IMG/VR virus record: IMGVR_UViG_3300010400_000002
Location: 14,309-78,308 of that record
Strand: one strand, 5' to 3'
Length of the DNA: 64,000 bases
Source of the DNA: a virus
The position numbers were made by a program, and so were the translations under genes. Within the stretch, counting starts at the first letter, position 1; every line of letters begins with the position of its first letter. This document shows positions 1-10,676 of this stretch, piece by piece. Below the pieces are notes generated by a model. The model ran no database searches. It was not told where the DNA came from and saw nothing but the letters and a program-made list of their open reading frames with translations.

Positions 1-2
1 GT

Positions 3-1040
3 ACTATCGAAGATTGGGGAGTATCATTAGCCAAAGGTGAAGAAAAGAAAATTGACCCAAGAAACGGAAAATCTGATAAGCCTCTCGATAAAGATTCAGC
101 CACAGTTAAAGATGATGAACAGTTGCTTGCGGCGGCACAAGAGAAAGAGGAATCACAAGGCACACCGTCAAGTGTTCTCGACGCTATGACCAAAGGTGAG
201 GATAATGACTTCTCACTGGACGAACCGGAAAAGAAAGAAGGTGAAGCGGAACTTGGTAAAGACGGCAAGCCTGTTGAAAAAACAAAAGAAAAAATCATTG
301 ATGCCACTGAAGTAGTCAGTCGCATCGCTAAAGAACTTGAGATCGGCGACGCTCAGACTCCTGAGCAACTGATCTCTTCTATTAAAGAGAAATTGTCCAC
401 TGCAAAGGCGGGAGCGGACGCTCCTGTTGCGGGTATTGACAAGGTTCTCGCATTAAGTAACCGTGACCTGTATAAGGCTTTTCTTATGCGGAATTCAAAC
501 TTTACTGACGAACGGGCAGAGAAATACATTACCGAGCGCATGGAAACATTGGGCGACGAATGGATTGATCTGAAAGCCGAAGATGTCAGGATTGATTTGG
601 AGGCTGCAAGGGCAAAGATCGTATCAGACCACGTTTCGCGTGAAACAGCTAAAGTAAATGAAGCTGCACAGTTCGCTACAACGGCGAGGAACACTGTTAA
701 AGAGATCAAAACAATCTTTGGCAAGATTCCTCTCAAAGAGCATGTCGCTCAGTTGAAAGAATTCCAAGCCCAGATCAGCACCGAAGAAGGTCTTAATGCT
801 ATGCGTAATGACCCTAAGAAACTGACCGAAGCCATGTTCATGCTCAATTTTGGTGAGCAGATTCTTGAAGCCTTTTTGGACAAGAAACTGTCGGAAGCCG
901 AAAAGCAGGGATGGAGGAAATCTTACAAAGCGAATGTTACGGACAAAATCATCAATCAGTCCAAGCAGCGTGAGCAAACTGAATTTCCTAATGAGCCAGT
1001 CAAGCCCTCCGCCTACCAAGAAGGAGGTTGGGAAAACTAA
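3..1040 (+). CDS. putative capsid scaffolding protein (5' partial)
   Basis: Frame is open from the window start; acidic, Lys/Glu-rich, helical; lies immediately upstream of the capsid gene. Confidence 0.55.
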   Translation, partial: TIEDWGVSLAKGEEKKIDPRNGKSDKPLDKDSATVKDDEQLLAAAQEKEESQGTPSSVLDAMTKGEDNDFSLDEPEKKEGEAELGKDGKPVEKTKEKIIDATEVVSRIAKELEIGDAQTPEQLISSIKEKLSTAKAGADAPVAGIDKVLALSNRDLYKAFLMRNSNFTDERAEKYITERMETLGDEWIDLKAEDVRIDLEAARAKIVSDHVSRETAKVNEAAQFATTARNTVKEIKTIFGKIPLKEHVAQLKEFQAQISTEEGLNAMRNDPKKLTEAMFMLNFGEQILEAFLDKKLSEAEKQGWRKSYKANVTDKIINQSKQREQTEFPNEPVKPSAYQEGGWEN

Positions 1041-1135
1041 GTAAGTTCCTACCGTAGCCTATCACGTTCACTGCACATGGTGTATGCCGTGTGATCGTCA
1101 TTTTTCTTTCTTCATCTCAAACAAAACTCTAAAAC

Positions 1136-2572
1136 GTGAAACAAGGTGGTTTAACCATATCTAAAGGTACTTTTGACAAGGACGCTATCACGACCCAAAA
1201 CTCGTTGTATGCGAACTCTCTTCAGTATCCTGAAATAGCGCGGACGCTCCTGATGTTGCAGCCTCAATACTCGCTGACCAACATCACAGCCCCGTTCATC
1301 CAGTCCGAAGAAATGGCTGTCGGCGATCTCAAATTTGAGTATCCCGTTATCGGACGTACAGACAAGCCTCTCACCTGCACCGGTACGGCTCCCACGGGCG
1401 ACGGCAAAGGCGACTCCATCGTTTACATCGAAGTGGAAGAAAATTATGCACACCCGACATGGGAATACAAACTTGGTGAAGATGTGCTCCTTCGTGTTGA
1501 CTCCACCGTTCTGGTGAAGAAAACGGTGAAAGGATACCTCGTTCCCTTCAAGATCATGGGCAACGACAATACCGATACCATCTCCTCTTCCGACATCTAC
1601 GCACAACGCAGACTCGGAAAGGTAGCCAACTCCAACACCGAATACTCCGAAAGGGGCTACGGCGCACAGCAGTATCCTGACTGGCTGGCGAATTACCTCA
1701 CCACCACTCGTAAGCAACAGACCGTTACCGGGGACGCAGCTACCTCAATCCTGTGGTTGCAGAAAGGTGACTACAAACTGTGGGCTATCGGAGCATCACC
1801 GGATGAACTGATGAATGAACTTGGTCAGCGTGACGGTGGATTTCTGTGGGACATGGAGAAAGACGCATGGTTTGGACGTACCACCATGGATGAAAATGGC
1901 ATTTGCACCAAAACAGATAATGGAAAGCCGTTGGTTCGTGGTAATGGATTTCTGCAGCAGATTCAAAGCAATATGACCGACGAGTTTTCGAAAGGTCAGT
2001 TGACACAGAAAATGTTGCTCAACCATATCCGTGACTTCAAGATTGCAGCCGGTATCAATGGTGGCAAGATTACCGTTCACACCGGCGCGGGTGGAGTAGC
2101 AGCATGGTATGAACTTCTCGCCAATTTCTACCTGCACCAAGGCAACCAGGGTATCGTTTATACCATGGACAATGGACGCAAGGTGACGGTGGGTGAAGAT
2201 ATTCCTACGGTGCATCTGCTTAACTGCGACATCACCATCTTCGAGAATCCGATTCTTACTGACCCATTGAACAATGACACCGATGATGAAGGGCTGTCAC
2301 TTCTTGGACAGTCATACTTCTTTGTTGATGGCAATACCACCATGGGAACCGATGGGAAGCAGATTCCTACCGTTCAGAAGATGGTCCGTAAAGCCAATGG
2401 CATTGACCGGAGCATGATCGTAAAGGTTGTTGACGGGATGGTAAACCCTGTTGACCCGATGCGCATTTTCGCTGCTTCTGCCCGTGATGGGTACACCATT
2501 GAGTGGCTGTCACAGTGGATGCTGACGTTACGCAAGATCAATGGAGTGTCAGCATTGTTCTGTACCGGATGA
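1136..2572 (+). CDS. major capsid protein (crAss-like, HK97 fold)
   Basis: 478 aa; position after the scaffold; motifs NYLTTTRKQQTVTGDA, DMEKDAWFG, GNGFLQQI and ITVHTGAGG resemble crAss-like MCPs. Confidence 0.8.
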   Translation: MKQGGLTISKGTFDKDAITTQNSLYANSLQYPEIARTLLMLQPQYSLTNITAPFIQSEEMAVGDLKFEYPVIGRTDKPLTCTGTAPTGDGKGDSIVYIEVEENYAHPTWEYKLGEDVLLRVDSTVLVKKTVKGYLVPFKIMGNDNTDTISSSDIYAQRRLGKVANSNTEYSERGYGAQQYPDWLANYLTTTRKQQTVTGDAATSILWLQKGDYKLWAIGASPDELMNELGQRDGGFLWDMEKDAWFGRTTMDENGICTKTDNGKPLVRGNGFLQQIQSNMTDEFSKGQLTQKMLLNHIRDFKIAAGINGGKITVHTGAGGVAAWYELLANFYLHQGNQGIVYTMDNGRKVTVGEDIPTVHLLNCDITIFENPILTDPLNNDTDDEGLSLLGQSYFFVDGNTTMGTDGKQIPTVQKMVRKANGIDRSMIVKVVDGMVNPVDPMRIFAASARDGYTIEWLSQWMLTLRKINGVSALFCTG

Positions 2573-2580
2573 TTTCAACA

Positions 2581-2596
2581 TGGTCGAATTCGACCA
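2581..2596. repeat. 16-bp perfect palindrome after the MCP stop
   Basis: TGGTCGAATTCGACCA. Confidence 0.6.
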
Positions 2597-2641
2597 CTTT
2601 AAATAATATTCATTTTTTCACAAACTTTCAACAAAAACATC

Positions 2642-3475
2642 ATGGCAACTAACACAAAAGGTCTGGGGCAGAAAGCCAAAAACGCCGCTGCCGCCTCCGA
2701 CGATGAAACAATCGTAATCTCTTGGGTTGAGAACCAGTACTCAAAATTTGCCGGAAACCACACTTTACGCGCTTACCGCGATCCTGTGGAACGGCATAAA
2801 CTGATTGAACTGCGTGACCCCACTACCGCTACCAAAGAAGAGCCGTTAGGACAGAAAAAGCCTTACGTCATTCTTGGTGGCAAAACCATGAAACTGTACA
2901 TATCCAAGAACCCTTGGCACATGGCAGTTTACAAATTCATCATCGGTAACACCGAAGAGGAAGGACAGTGGCGTGGTCACCCCCGTTTCAACCCGGGCAA
3001 GAAGATTTTCACTATTGAAAACGTCACCGAAAAGGCTAAGAAAAATAACCTGAATCGCAAGCAGATTCGTGCATTGCAGACGAAAGTCGAGACAATGAAC
3101 CAAGATGCACTCATGCAGTTCGGGTTACTGTTTGGCTTCGACGGTAAGGAACTATCTTACGATGATGTGCTCGACGGTATCGAGGCTATCATTGAGACTC
3201 CGGCTGACAATAGCGAAAGTTTCTTCACTTGCGCAAACGTGAAAGAGGCTATCGAGAATCCAGACTTCGACTATATTGTGTTAGTTGCTGTTTTGAAGCA
3301 TAAGAAGGTGTTTATCTCGAATGATGGTGTATACAAGTACAATGGTGCTACCATCGCCGTCACCGACGATCAACTCGTAAAGTGGCTGAAGGATAACTCT
3401 ACCGTCTATATGACGCTGAAAGAAAAATACCTGGCGCAGACCAAGGTGGAAGAGCCTGACCCTGCTAAAGAATGA
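2642..3475 (+). CDS. conserved virion-module protein downstream of MCP
   Basis: 277 aa; C-terminal KKVFISNDGVYKYNGATIAVTDDQLVKWLKD resembles the crAss-like protein that follows MCP. Confidence 0.55.
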   Translation: MATNTKGLGQKAKNAAAASDDETIVISWVENQYSKFAGNHTLRAYRDPVERHKLIELRDPTTATKEEPLGQKKPYVILGGKTMKLYISKNPWHMAVYKFIIGNTEEEGQWRGHPRFNPGKKIFTIENVTEKAKKNNLNRKQIRALQTKVETMNQDALMQFGLLFGFDGKELSYDDVLDGIEAIIETPADNSESFFTCANVKEAIENPDFDYIVLVAVLKHKKVFISNDGVYKYNGATIAVTDDQLVKWLKDNSTVYMTLKEKYLAQTKVEEPDPAKE

Positions 3476-4146
3476 CGTGGCAACAGATTGCAGATAATGT
3501 GAATCGTAAGCTGGTTCAGTTTGCCTCCCCTCCTGTATTACCTGCGGAGATGGTGGGTTTACTGAATGAGGCTTACGATGCACTATTGACACAGTGGTGG
3601 CAGATGACTTTCGAAAGAGACGAGTTTGCTATCCAGTTGCTCACGCCGCTGAAGCAAGGTCCAATCTCCCCCACTTTAACAAGCGCCAATCACATTTCTA
3701 CGTTCGAAATTGATACGACGGTATTCCCAGGTGGATTAAGAGCAATTGCCTCCTTTCGTGGATATTTCAAGCAGTCATGCAGTGGGCTGTCAGCATGGAG
3801 GATGATCGAGTTTCTGTCAGACAATGACCTATCAGACCTCGAAAATCCATTGCGAATGCCTACCAATGACTTTCCACGCTATCGTATGTGGTTCAACACT
3901 ACTTCCTCAAAGAAGAAAGTGTCAATCTATTACGATGGGGATGCTCCGACCACTACTGAACTGTTTTATTACCGGCAGCAAACCATCCTCACTTCCATAA
4001 CTGGAAGCCCGGAGGTGGACCAAACAGGACACCGGCTGATAGTGAACAAAGCGGTAGCTATACAGTCAGGCACCAACGAGGATCAGCGTGAAGAGATATT
4101 TGAACGTGAAACCAACAAAGATTTACAAGTGGAGAATGCCTCATAA
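3472..4146 (+). CDS. putative head-tail adaptor/ring protein
   Basis: 224 aa; N-terminal helical pair (MVGLLNEAYDALL) and C-terminal ELFYYRQ...HRLIVNKAV fit P22 gp4-like adaptors. Confidence 0.55.
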   Translation: MTWQQIADNVNRKLVQFASPPVLPAEMVGLLNEAYDALLTQWWQMTFERDEFAIQLLTPLKQGPISPTLTSANHISTFEIDTTVFPGGLRAIASFRGYFKQSCSGLSAWRMIEFLSDNDLSDLENPLRMPTNDFPRYRMWFNTTSSKKKVSIYYDGDAPTTTELFYYRQQTILTSITGSPEVDQTGHRLIVNKAVAIQSGTNEDQREEIFERETNKDLQVENAS

Positions 4147-4199
4147 GCTTCTCCTGATAAAACATGATTAACTAACTTTTTCAAAAAAAACTCTTAAAA

Positions 4200-5108
4200 A
4201 TGAACAGAAACAATGTGCATTGCAGTCCGGTGAATGAAATTCCCGGGATGCCCGATTACTGGATGATCGCCAATGATGGGGGCGACATGGGCGCTAACAG
4301 TTACAGTATCGCCAAAGGCATACTGAACATCAATAACGGAACAAGCCCTGTTTTGGCTAAAAAGGCTATTAACATCGCATGGAACCTGATTGACCGTGAG
4401 AATGGTGTCAAGGTTCTTTGTCCGCAAGACCCAACAGCGCAGGTGGACACGGTGACAACTATTACTGTTCCTAATGCTGATTGTTGCGGAGATCAGTTGT
4501 GTTATTATGTAACCCTGACATGGCATGATGCTACTTCAGGTCAGGAAATGACACATACCTATTCCGCATGTTTTACCACAGGTTCTACGTGGACCAAAAC
4601 ACAGGTGAGTGCTGCCTTGATTGCAGATATAAATGCTGATCCCAACCGTATTGTTACGGCTGCTGCAGTAGGTGAAACATTTACCCTTACTGCTACTACT
4701 GCATTTGTAGGGCATCCATTTCTTACAAAGACGAACACGGCTTTACAGACCGTTGCTCACACCACTCCGAATGTTATTTCTTGGGGTGACGGTGATGACC
4801 TTCTTGCTATGGGATTCACCGCTGCTGACGGAATTGATGCTACCAACGAATACGCTATCGTAGAGATTCCTTATTATACCGTTCGCGAAGGTGACATTCC
4901 TTCTGACAATGCTTACTCAGGACAACGGGTATTAAGCTGGCATAAGTTCTGGCTGATCGTAGAAACCGGAGGAACGGCTGAAGATGCTGTCCTCGGAACT
5001 TCCATCAGCGACAATACGCCTACCGATAGCCTGTGCTACATCCTTGCCGGAAGCTCGACGGCATCGAAGTACCTCGGTGTCATCAATGACGGCTGTCCTT
5101 GCAGCTAA
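4200..5108 (+). CDS. putative auxiliary capsid/structural protein
   Basis: 302 aa, Thr/Ala-rich beta protein (ALIADINADPNRIVTA...FTLTA), followed by a terminator-like hairpin. Confidence 0.5.
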   Translation: MNRNNVHCSPVNEIPGMPDYWMIANDGGDMGANSYSIAKGILNINNGTSPVLAKKAINIAWNLIDRENGVKVLCPQDPTAQVDTVTTITVPNADCCGDQLCYYVTLTWHDATSGQEMTHTYSACFTTGSTWTKTQVSAALIADINADPNRIVTAAAVGETFTLTATTAFVGHPFLTKTNTALQTVAHTTPNVISWGDGDDLLAMGFTAADGIDATNEYAIVEIPYYTVREGDIPSDNAYSGQRVLSWHKFWLIVETGGTAEDAVLGTSISDNTPTDSLCYILAGSSTASKYLGVINDGCPCS

Positions 5109-5134
5109 GAGTATCTGAGTGATTAACAAAATTT

Positions 5135-5165
5135 AGCAGGCGGGACATAAGTTCCTGCCTGCTTT
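5135..5165 (+). terminator. probable intrinsic terminator/hairpin
   Basis: AGCAGGCGGGA-CATAAG-TTCCTGCCTGCT followed by TT. Confidence 0.55.
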
Positions 5166-5177
5166 AAAACTTTCACT

Positions 5178-5906
5178 ATGGTTCCTCTCCGCACGTTATC
5201 CAAAGACATTTTGAGCATCGCCAACCGACTCGGCACTGCCGAACCACGGCGTAATGATATTAGTGAGCGCCAGGTGGAACTATGGATACATCAATACAGA
5301 GAATGGTGGATCAATGACCGCTTCAACCGGAAGAGGCAAACATATTACGAAGCAAAGCAGGCGCTCGTTCAGGATTTGGGGTGCATGCTGTTACAGTGTG
5401 TTGACCAAGCGGAATGTGATGCCTTACCTGTTGGATGCTTTGTAGCCAAGGTAATTATCCCGACACCGGTGGAAGTAGAAGGATGCCTTGATTATGTGGG
5501 TAGCATCAGTAAAAGGAAGAAGTTCATAGAATGCAAGAATGTGAATGAACTGGAAGGAAAACTATCCGCACCGTATGGGCGCAACTTCCTGTACTACTTT
5601 CGGATTGGACCAACCAACCTTTACGTAGCCACCTCTGACAGCGACACCTTCTTTGACCTGTGCTATATTAATGTACGGGGCATCTTTGGTGACCCAACGC
5701 AAGCCTGCTACAAGAAAAGCCTGACTACTTCGACATGCTGTTATGATCCGGTAAACACCAATTATCCGGCTACGGGGGATATGATGGAAGAAGTGAAGAT
5801 GATGATACTTACGAAAGAATTCAACATTTCCATGCACTATATCAGGGATTGGAAAGATACCAACCGTGATGACAGGCAAGTTCAAAACTTTCAACCGATT
5901 CACTAA
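5178..5906 (+). CDS. tail ring protein (crAss-like)
   Basis: DISERQVELWIHQYR...VQDLGCMLLQCVD...INVRGIFGDP pattern of crAss-like ring proteins. Confidence 0.6.
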   Translation: MVPLRTLSKDILSIANRLGTAEPRRNDISERQVELWIHQYREWWINDRFNRKRQTYYEAKQALVQDLGCMLLQCVDQAECDALPVGCFVAKVIIPTPVEVEGCLDYVGSISKRKKFIECKNVNELEGKLSAPYGRNFLYYFRIGPTNLYVATSDSDTFFDLCYINVRGIFGDPTQACYKKSLTTSTCCYDPVNTNYPATGDMMEEVKMMILTKEFNISMHYIRDWKDTNRDDRQVQNFQPIH

Positions 5907-6556
5907 TGAGATTCCGTTCAATCACGTCCATATTGCCAATGCTGAAACTACAGTCAGGCTATCCGAATGTAGATCAGTTGAAGCCGGAGCTTGCCCAGAT
6001 GGTTCCGATGGTGGAGCGTAACCTTGGACTCACCAACAAAGCACTGCATCCACATAAAGCACTTGGAATAGAAGTATCCGGTTCCGTGGCTCAGTTACCA
6101 AGCGGATTCTTTGAAGAAGATCAGATTCTTGATTTCTGTATTCCGCCCAACTTGTGCAACATGACCAGTTGCAGTTGCAACAATGATCCGTGTCGCTGTG
6201 GATACACGCTATGGCAGACACAATGTGGTGACTTTACATTTGGAGATACGATACTAAGGTGTCCATTCAAAACCGGAAGTGTGAGTTTCAGCTATTGGAG
6301 TTTGGAACTGGATGAAGAAGGGTTGCCGATGATACTGGATAGTCACGTAGAAGCATTTGTAGCCTATGCCATTCAGTTGATGAAGAAAGGAGAGATGAAT
6401 GCAGGGCTGATTTCACCGGCGCTGTACCAGATAAATAAGCAAGACTGGCACGATCAATCACTATGGACACGATCACGCGATAATGTGCCCAGTAAAAAGA
6501 GTGTGCGCATTGCCGATTACATCACTAATAACGCCTACAAATTTTACCTCAAATAA
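5906..6556 (+). CDS. tail ring/tubular protein
   Basis: AQLPSGF...FKTGSVSFSYWSLELDEEGLPMILD...EAFVAY; directly upstream of the muzzle gene. Confidence 0.6.
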   Translation: MRFRSITSILPMLKLQSGYPNVDQLKPELAQMVPMVERNLGLTNKALHPHKALGIEVSGSVAQLPSGFFEEDQILDFCIPPNLCNMTSCSCNNDPCRCGYTLWQTQCGDFTFGDTILRCPFKTGSVSFSYWSLELDEEGLPMILDSHVEAFVAYAIQLMKKGEMNAGLISPALYQINKQDWHDQSLWTRSRDNVPSKKSVRIADYITNNAYKFYLK

Positions 6557-9500
6557 TTGCCCTTCAAGAAAAATATAGCGACCAACACTTTTACCCTTGG
6601 AATGCGCCAAGATCGGACGGTATTTGCACAAGATCGTCGCTCTTATCGCTCGGCACTAAATGGTAACATCATTTTCTCCGGGGCTGGTGATGCACAGTAC
6701 TGTAATGAACCGGGTACTACACTACTCGATAACTCCGTTCCAGATGGATACTATATTGTAGGCAGCAAAGAAATACGGGATAAAACTGTAATCATGTCCA
6801 CCAATGATACCTTCAGCGAGATTGGATTATTGGAGTTGGATGTGACGGGAACGGTGGCTACCTACACAACTTTATTCAATGATGAATTTGATCCCAATGG
6901 TGATAAACTAAATTTCGCCTCACAGGATTTTATCTTTCCTGCAGAGTCATGTTTCGAAACCATTGACAAGAACAGGGTCTATTGGCTCGAACCGAACAAT
7001 GAACCCAGGTGCTTCAACACACGGTTAGGAGATCAAGAAGTTTCACCTGAGTTCATTGATGGTTCCTATACTCCGCTTATCGCCACAGGAAAGTATCCTC
7101 ATTTTTATTCAGTCCATTCCATGTCACTACAGGCAGATTTTAAAATGGGGAGATTGAAATTAAAAAACACAACGGCGGGAGGCTCATTAAAAACTGGGAT
7201 GTATGAATTGTGTTATCGTCCGGTTACAAGAGATGGATATGCGCCGCCGTGGACTCCATTGACGCGACACTTCTTTGTTACTCTCGACCCTACTATTCCT
7301 GATCCGCTTACCAACTATCATTACCGTTCTATGTATGCTTCAAATGTGATGACCAACAAAGGTTACACATTTACGATTCATGGTGTAGATACACGGTTCT
7401 ATCAGTTGGAAGTAGCGTATGTGTATAGCACCGACAAAGATGTAACGCAGGAAGCAAGCATTTTCTACCGTGAAAAAATTGATCCGGCACTCACTGATGT
7501 TGACGTTGTATTTTCTTCTACTACTGGCATCGCTGTTTCATTCGCTGAATTTAATAGATACATTGTTCCGATTCGAAGAGGTAAGGCAATAGGGCAAAAA
7601 GATAAGCGACTGTGGGTAGGTGCGCCGGAAACTTACGGACCGTTCGAACTGGATTTATCAGGAGTAACAATTGCTCCGTTTATCCGTGAGATGACTGTTG
7701 ACACTCGCGAAGGCGCAACAACATTGCCGCTTACTAATATGAGTCCTACATCGAACGGAACCATTTCTATCGAGTCATATAAAAATAATGTGGGCGCGGC
7801 AGTCAATGAATCGTATGCAGTAATTGATGACTTTCCGAATTACAAAGGAGTACAGGGGGAACATTTACTTGCCTCGTATTGGGGTGGAGAAACATATCCC
7901 CTATCGGTAGTAGTTTTTGATTTAAAGGGGAATCCATTTTATGCACAGCATATCATTGACTACACTTTTCCTAACCGTTATGACGATCCGTCGTATCACC
8001 TGATGACAACCATTGACGGAAAAATCAATATCATGGGAATGAAAATCTCAGGTATTGATTTGACCGACATATTATATGATGCGGATGGAAAATTACAAGT
8101 AAGCGGTATTGCGATATGCCGTGGAAAAAGAATTCCGCAAACTCTCTTTCAGGGAGTGATACTTCCGGCAACGATTGAAGATAACCCTGATGCCACACAT
8201 CCTATTGAACATACGAGTAACGACTTTCACGGTGCCGGTGCAGGCTTCGCCGATTCACTGAAGTATTGGGGGGGGGCAAGTATAGGGCAACAGATTAATT
8301 CACGTCCCTACACTTCGATGATTTATGCACCTGATATTTTGTTCGGGCGCAACATATATGAAGGAACAAGTCAGGATGACGTGAACGAAGAAACCGATCA
8401 GCTTGAGTTGGTATCATTGTATGACTGTCCCTTTCAGGATAGCATCTATCCACGCACCATTGACCTGAACCCGGGACTCTCTGGCGGCATTGATGGACTC
8501 GAAAAATTCTATACCAAGAATTATGAACTCAATGTTGACAACAAAAATTTCGAGTACGGATCAAAGTCACGTATAAAAAGATTACTGACGATAGAGACCT
8601 TTAAAGAACAGGACACTGAATGGGATCACTACGATCAGGATGACCCTGATTTATTTTTCACCGACGACTCCAACTTCGACCCGCAAGATGCTTCAGGCTT
8701 TCCGAATATGCACTCACGCGGGGTAACATTATCGTGGCTGATTAAGAACAAAGACTTTAAGAATACCACGTACATGCCTTCTGACACGACTGGAGTAAAT
8801 ATTGACCGTCCCCGTTACTACACCGTCAACTACAAAATCAACAACGAAAAATATTTCACATCGCCTACACAGAAGTCACTTGCTGAACGGTTGTATATTG
8901 GAACCGGACATTTTCAACCTATCAATCAGGATGTGCTCGATGATATTGTAGATAGTGACGGACGCTATATTCTCAATGATGTAGAAGTGTGGGGCGGTGA
9001 CTGCTACCCGTGGATTTTTGAATTCGTGCGTAACTATCCTGCATTTAGTGGTGACTGCTCAGAAGGTGACTATGCTATTGCGCACGTAGTACCATTAGAA
9101 AGTTCGATGAACTTCGCACTGCGCCGTGGCAGAAGTTTCGGTGGTGACGGAATACGTAGTGAGCATGAAGCCTGCAATCCTCCACCTGCAGCACAGTACT
9201 TTCCTAACGGAATTATGGAAGGGCAACCGGAAGAATTTAATCTCAATTCAGTGGTGATGCACGAAGGCAACGTGCAGATGTTTATTGCAAAACCAGAAGT
9301 GATAGACCCTGAGATCACGCAATTCGACTATCGGTGGTTGTACAGCAACCTGAAAATATTTGGTGAGATCACCGACCAGTACCGCACATTCCTTACCAGC
9401 AACTACGGGGATATGGAACCCAACTACGGAAGGATTGTAGGACGTGGGTATTTATTCGAACAGATGTATTGTCTGCAGGAACGCGCATTCTCTATGTTGC

Positions 9501-10666
9501 GCATCAATCAGATTCGCGCTATCAGCACTGCCGATGGTGAACCTATAGGTACCGGAGTGACGGAAGTGTGGCAGAAGCCGGATGAAAGGAGCACCATACA
9601 CGGAACGGTTTATCCGTATGGAACTATCAATACCGACAAAGCAATCTATTGGGCTGACTACTACAATAAATGCTTCTGCCGTTTTGCCCAAGACGGAGTT
9701 ACCAATATCAGTGATGACTGTGAGATCAAAGAACTGTCGTATGAGCTTCTGAAATTTTTCGATAGTGAGCAGCCGTTAAGTTTGAGTGGCTATCAGCACG
9801 TAGCGGCGGGATGGGATAGTGTGCGCAACATGATCTACTGGACTGCGACGGAGCAACATGGGCTTGTGCAGGTGAAGAAAACATTAGCGTACAGCGCCAA
9901 TCCGCACGTACATTCTTTCGTGGCAGAAATGGATTTCTACCCTAAGATTTATCTCAACTGCAAAGGATGGTTACTGGATTCAAGATACATTGATGATGGC
10001 GGCGATGCTACTACACTGTGGTCACACTACACAGGCGAACGCGGAAAATATCATGGTAGTTACAGGCACACAAAAATTGCGTTCATCGTAAATGATGTAG
10101 CCAATGTGGACAAACTATTTGATAACTCATGGGCTTCATTCAATCCTGATGCGTACGCGTTGCTTGAAAAACTCACGCTCACTACCGATACGCAGTCGGC
10201 AATCATTACACCTATAAATGGAGATTTACGCAGTGATTACCGCAATCTCATCTTCCGCAATGAAACAGTGGCGCGTCCTGCACCCGACAACTGCGACTAC
10301 ACAATCAATGTAGGTACACCAACATTTCCGTTGAACAATTTCACTTACGTGAAGAACGGTAATACTGTGGTGATAGCGCAGGTCGTGAATCAGGTTGCAT
10401 TGCAGGCATTCTTTGTAGCACAAGGATTTGTTGACACCTATCCGATATTCACAATCACGCAAACACCTGATACGTGGACTTCAATTACATGGAATGGACT
10501 GGTTGCTCCGATACTGTTTACACAGTCTGGTTGCGTGTCACCGATACAAAATCATTTGAGTGGTAAGTACCTGATGACAGAATATGATTTCTTAAATGCA
10601 GACAATAAAATCATTCAGTTCACAAGTTGCGATCAAAGTTTTAGATTGATTCCTAAAGTCAGATAA
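6557..10666 (+). CDS. tail stabilisation/muzzle protein (P22 gp10-like, crAss-like)
   Basis: 1369 aa; NTFTLGMRQD...YRSALNG...NEPGT N-terminus, VWGGDCY, YWADYYN; beta-propeller-like. Confidence 0.75.
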   Translation: MPFKKNIATNTFTLGMRQDRTVFAQDRRSYRSALNGNIIFSGAGDAQYCNEPGTTLLDNSVPDGYYIVGSKEIRDKTVIMSTNDTFSEIGLLELDVTGTVATYTTLFNDEFDPNGDKLNFASQDFIFPAESCFETIDKNRVYWLEPNNEPRCFNTRLGDQEVSPEFIDGSYTPLIATGKYPHFYSVHSMSLQADFKMGRLKLKNTTAGGSLKTGMYELCYRPVTRDGYAPPWTPLTRHFFVTLDPTIPDPLTNYHYRSMYASNVMTNKGYTFTIHGVDTRFYQLEVAYVYSTDKDVTQEASIFYREKIDPALTDVDVVFSSTTGIAVSFAEFNRYIVPIRRGKAIGQKDKRLWVGAPETYGPFELDLSGVTIAPFIREMTVDTREGATTLPLTNMSPTSNGTISIESYKNNVGAAVNESYAVIDDFPNYKGVQGEHLLASYWGGETYPLSVVVFDLKGNPFYAQHIIDYTFPNRYDDPSYHLMTTIDGKINIMGMKISGIDLTDILYDADGKLQVSGIAICRGKRIPQTLFQGVILPATIEDNPDATHPIEHTSNDFHGAGAGFADSLKYWGGASIGQQINSRPYTSMIYAPDILFGRNIYEGTSQDDVNEETDQLELVSLYDCPFQDSIYPRTIDLNPGLSGGIDGLEKFYTKNYELNVDNKNFEYGSKSRIKRLLTIETFKEQDTEWDHYDQDDPDLFFTDDSNFDPQDASGFPNMHSRGVTLSWLIKNKDFKNTTYMPSDTTGVNIDRPRYYTVNYKINNEKYFTSPTQKSLAERLYIGTGHFQPINQDVLDDIVDSDGRYILNDVEVWGGDCYPWIFEFVRNYPAFSGDCSEGDYAIAHVVPLESSMNFALRRGRSFGGDGIRSEHEACNPPPAAQYFPNGIMEGQPEEFNLNSVVMHEGNVQMFIAKPEVIDPEITQFDYRWLYSNLKIFGEITDQYRTFLTSNYGDMEPNYGRIVGRGYLFEQMYCLQERAFSMLRINQIRAISTADGEPIGTGVTEVWQKPDERSTIHGTVYPYGTINTDKAIYWADYYNKCFCRFAQDGVTNISDDCEIKELSYELLKFFDSEQPLSLSGYQHVAAGWDSVRNMIYWTATEQHGLVQVKKTLAYSANPHVHSFVAEMDFYPKIYLNCKGWLLDSRYIDDGGDATTLWSHYTGERGKYHGSYRHTKIAFIVNDVANVDKLFDNSWASFNPDAYALLEKLTLTTDTQSAIITPINGDLRSDYRNLIFRNETVARPAPDNCDYTINVGTPTFPLNNFTYVKNGNTVVIAQVVNQVALQAFFVAQGFVDTYPIFTITQTPDTWTSITWNGLVAPILFTQSGCVSPIQNHLSGKYLMTEYDFLNADNKIIQFTSCDQSFRLIPKVR

Positions 10667-10676
10667 CTTTACTGCG

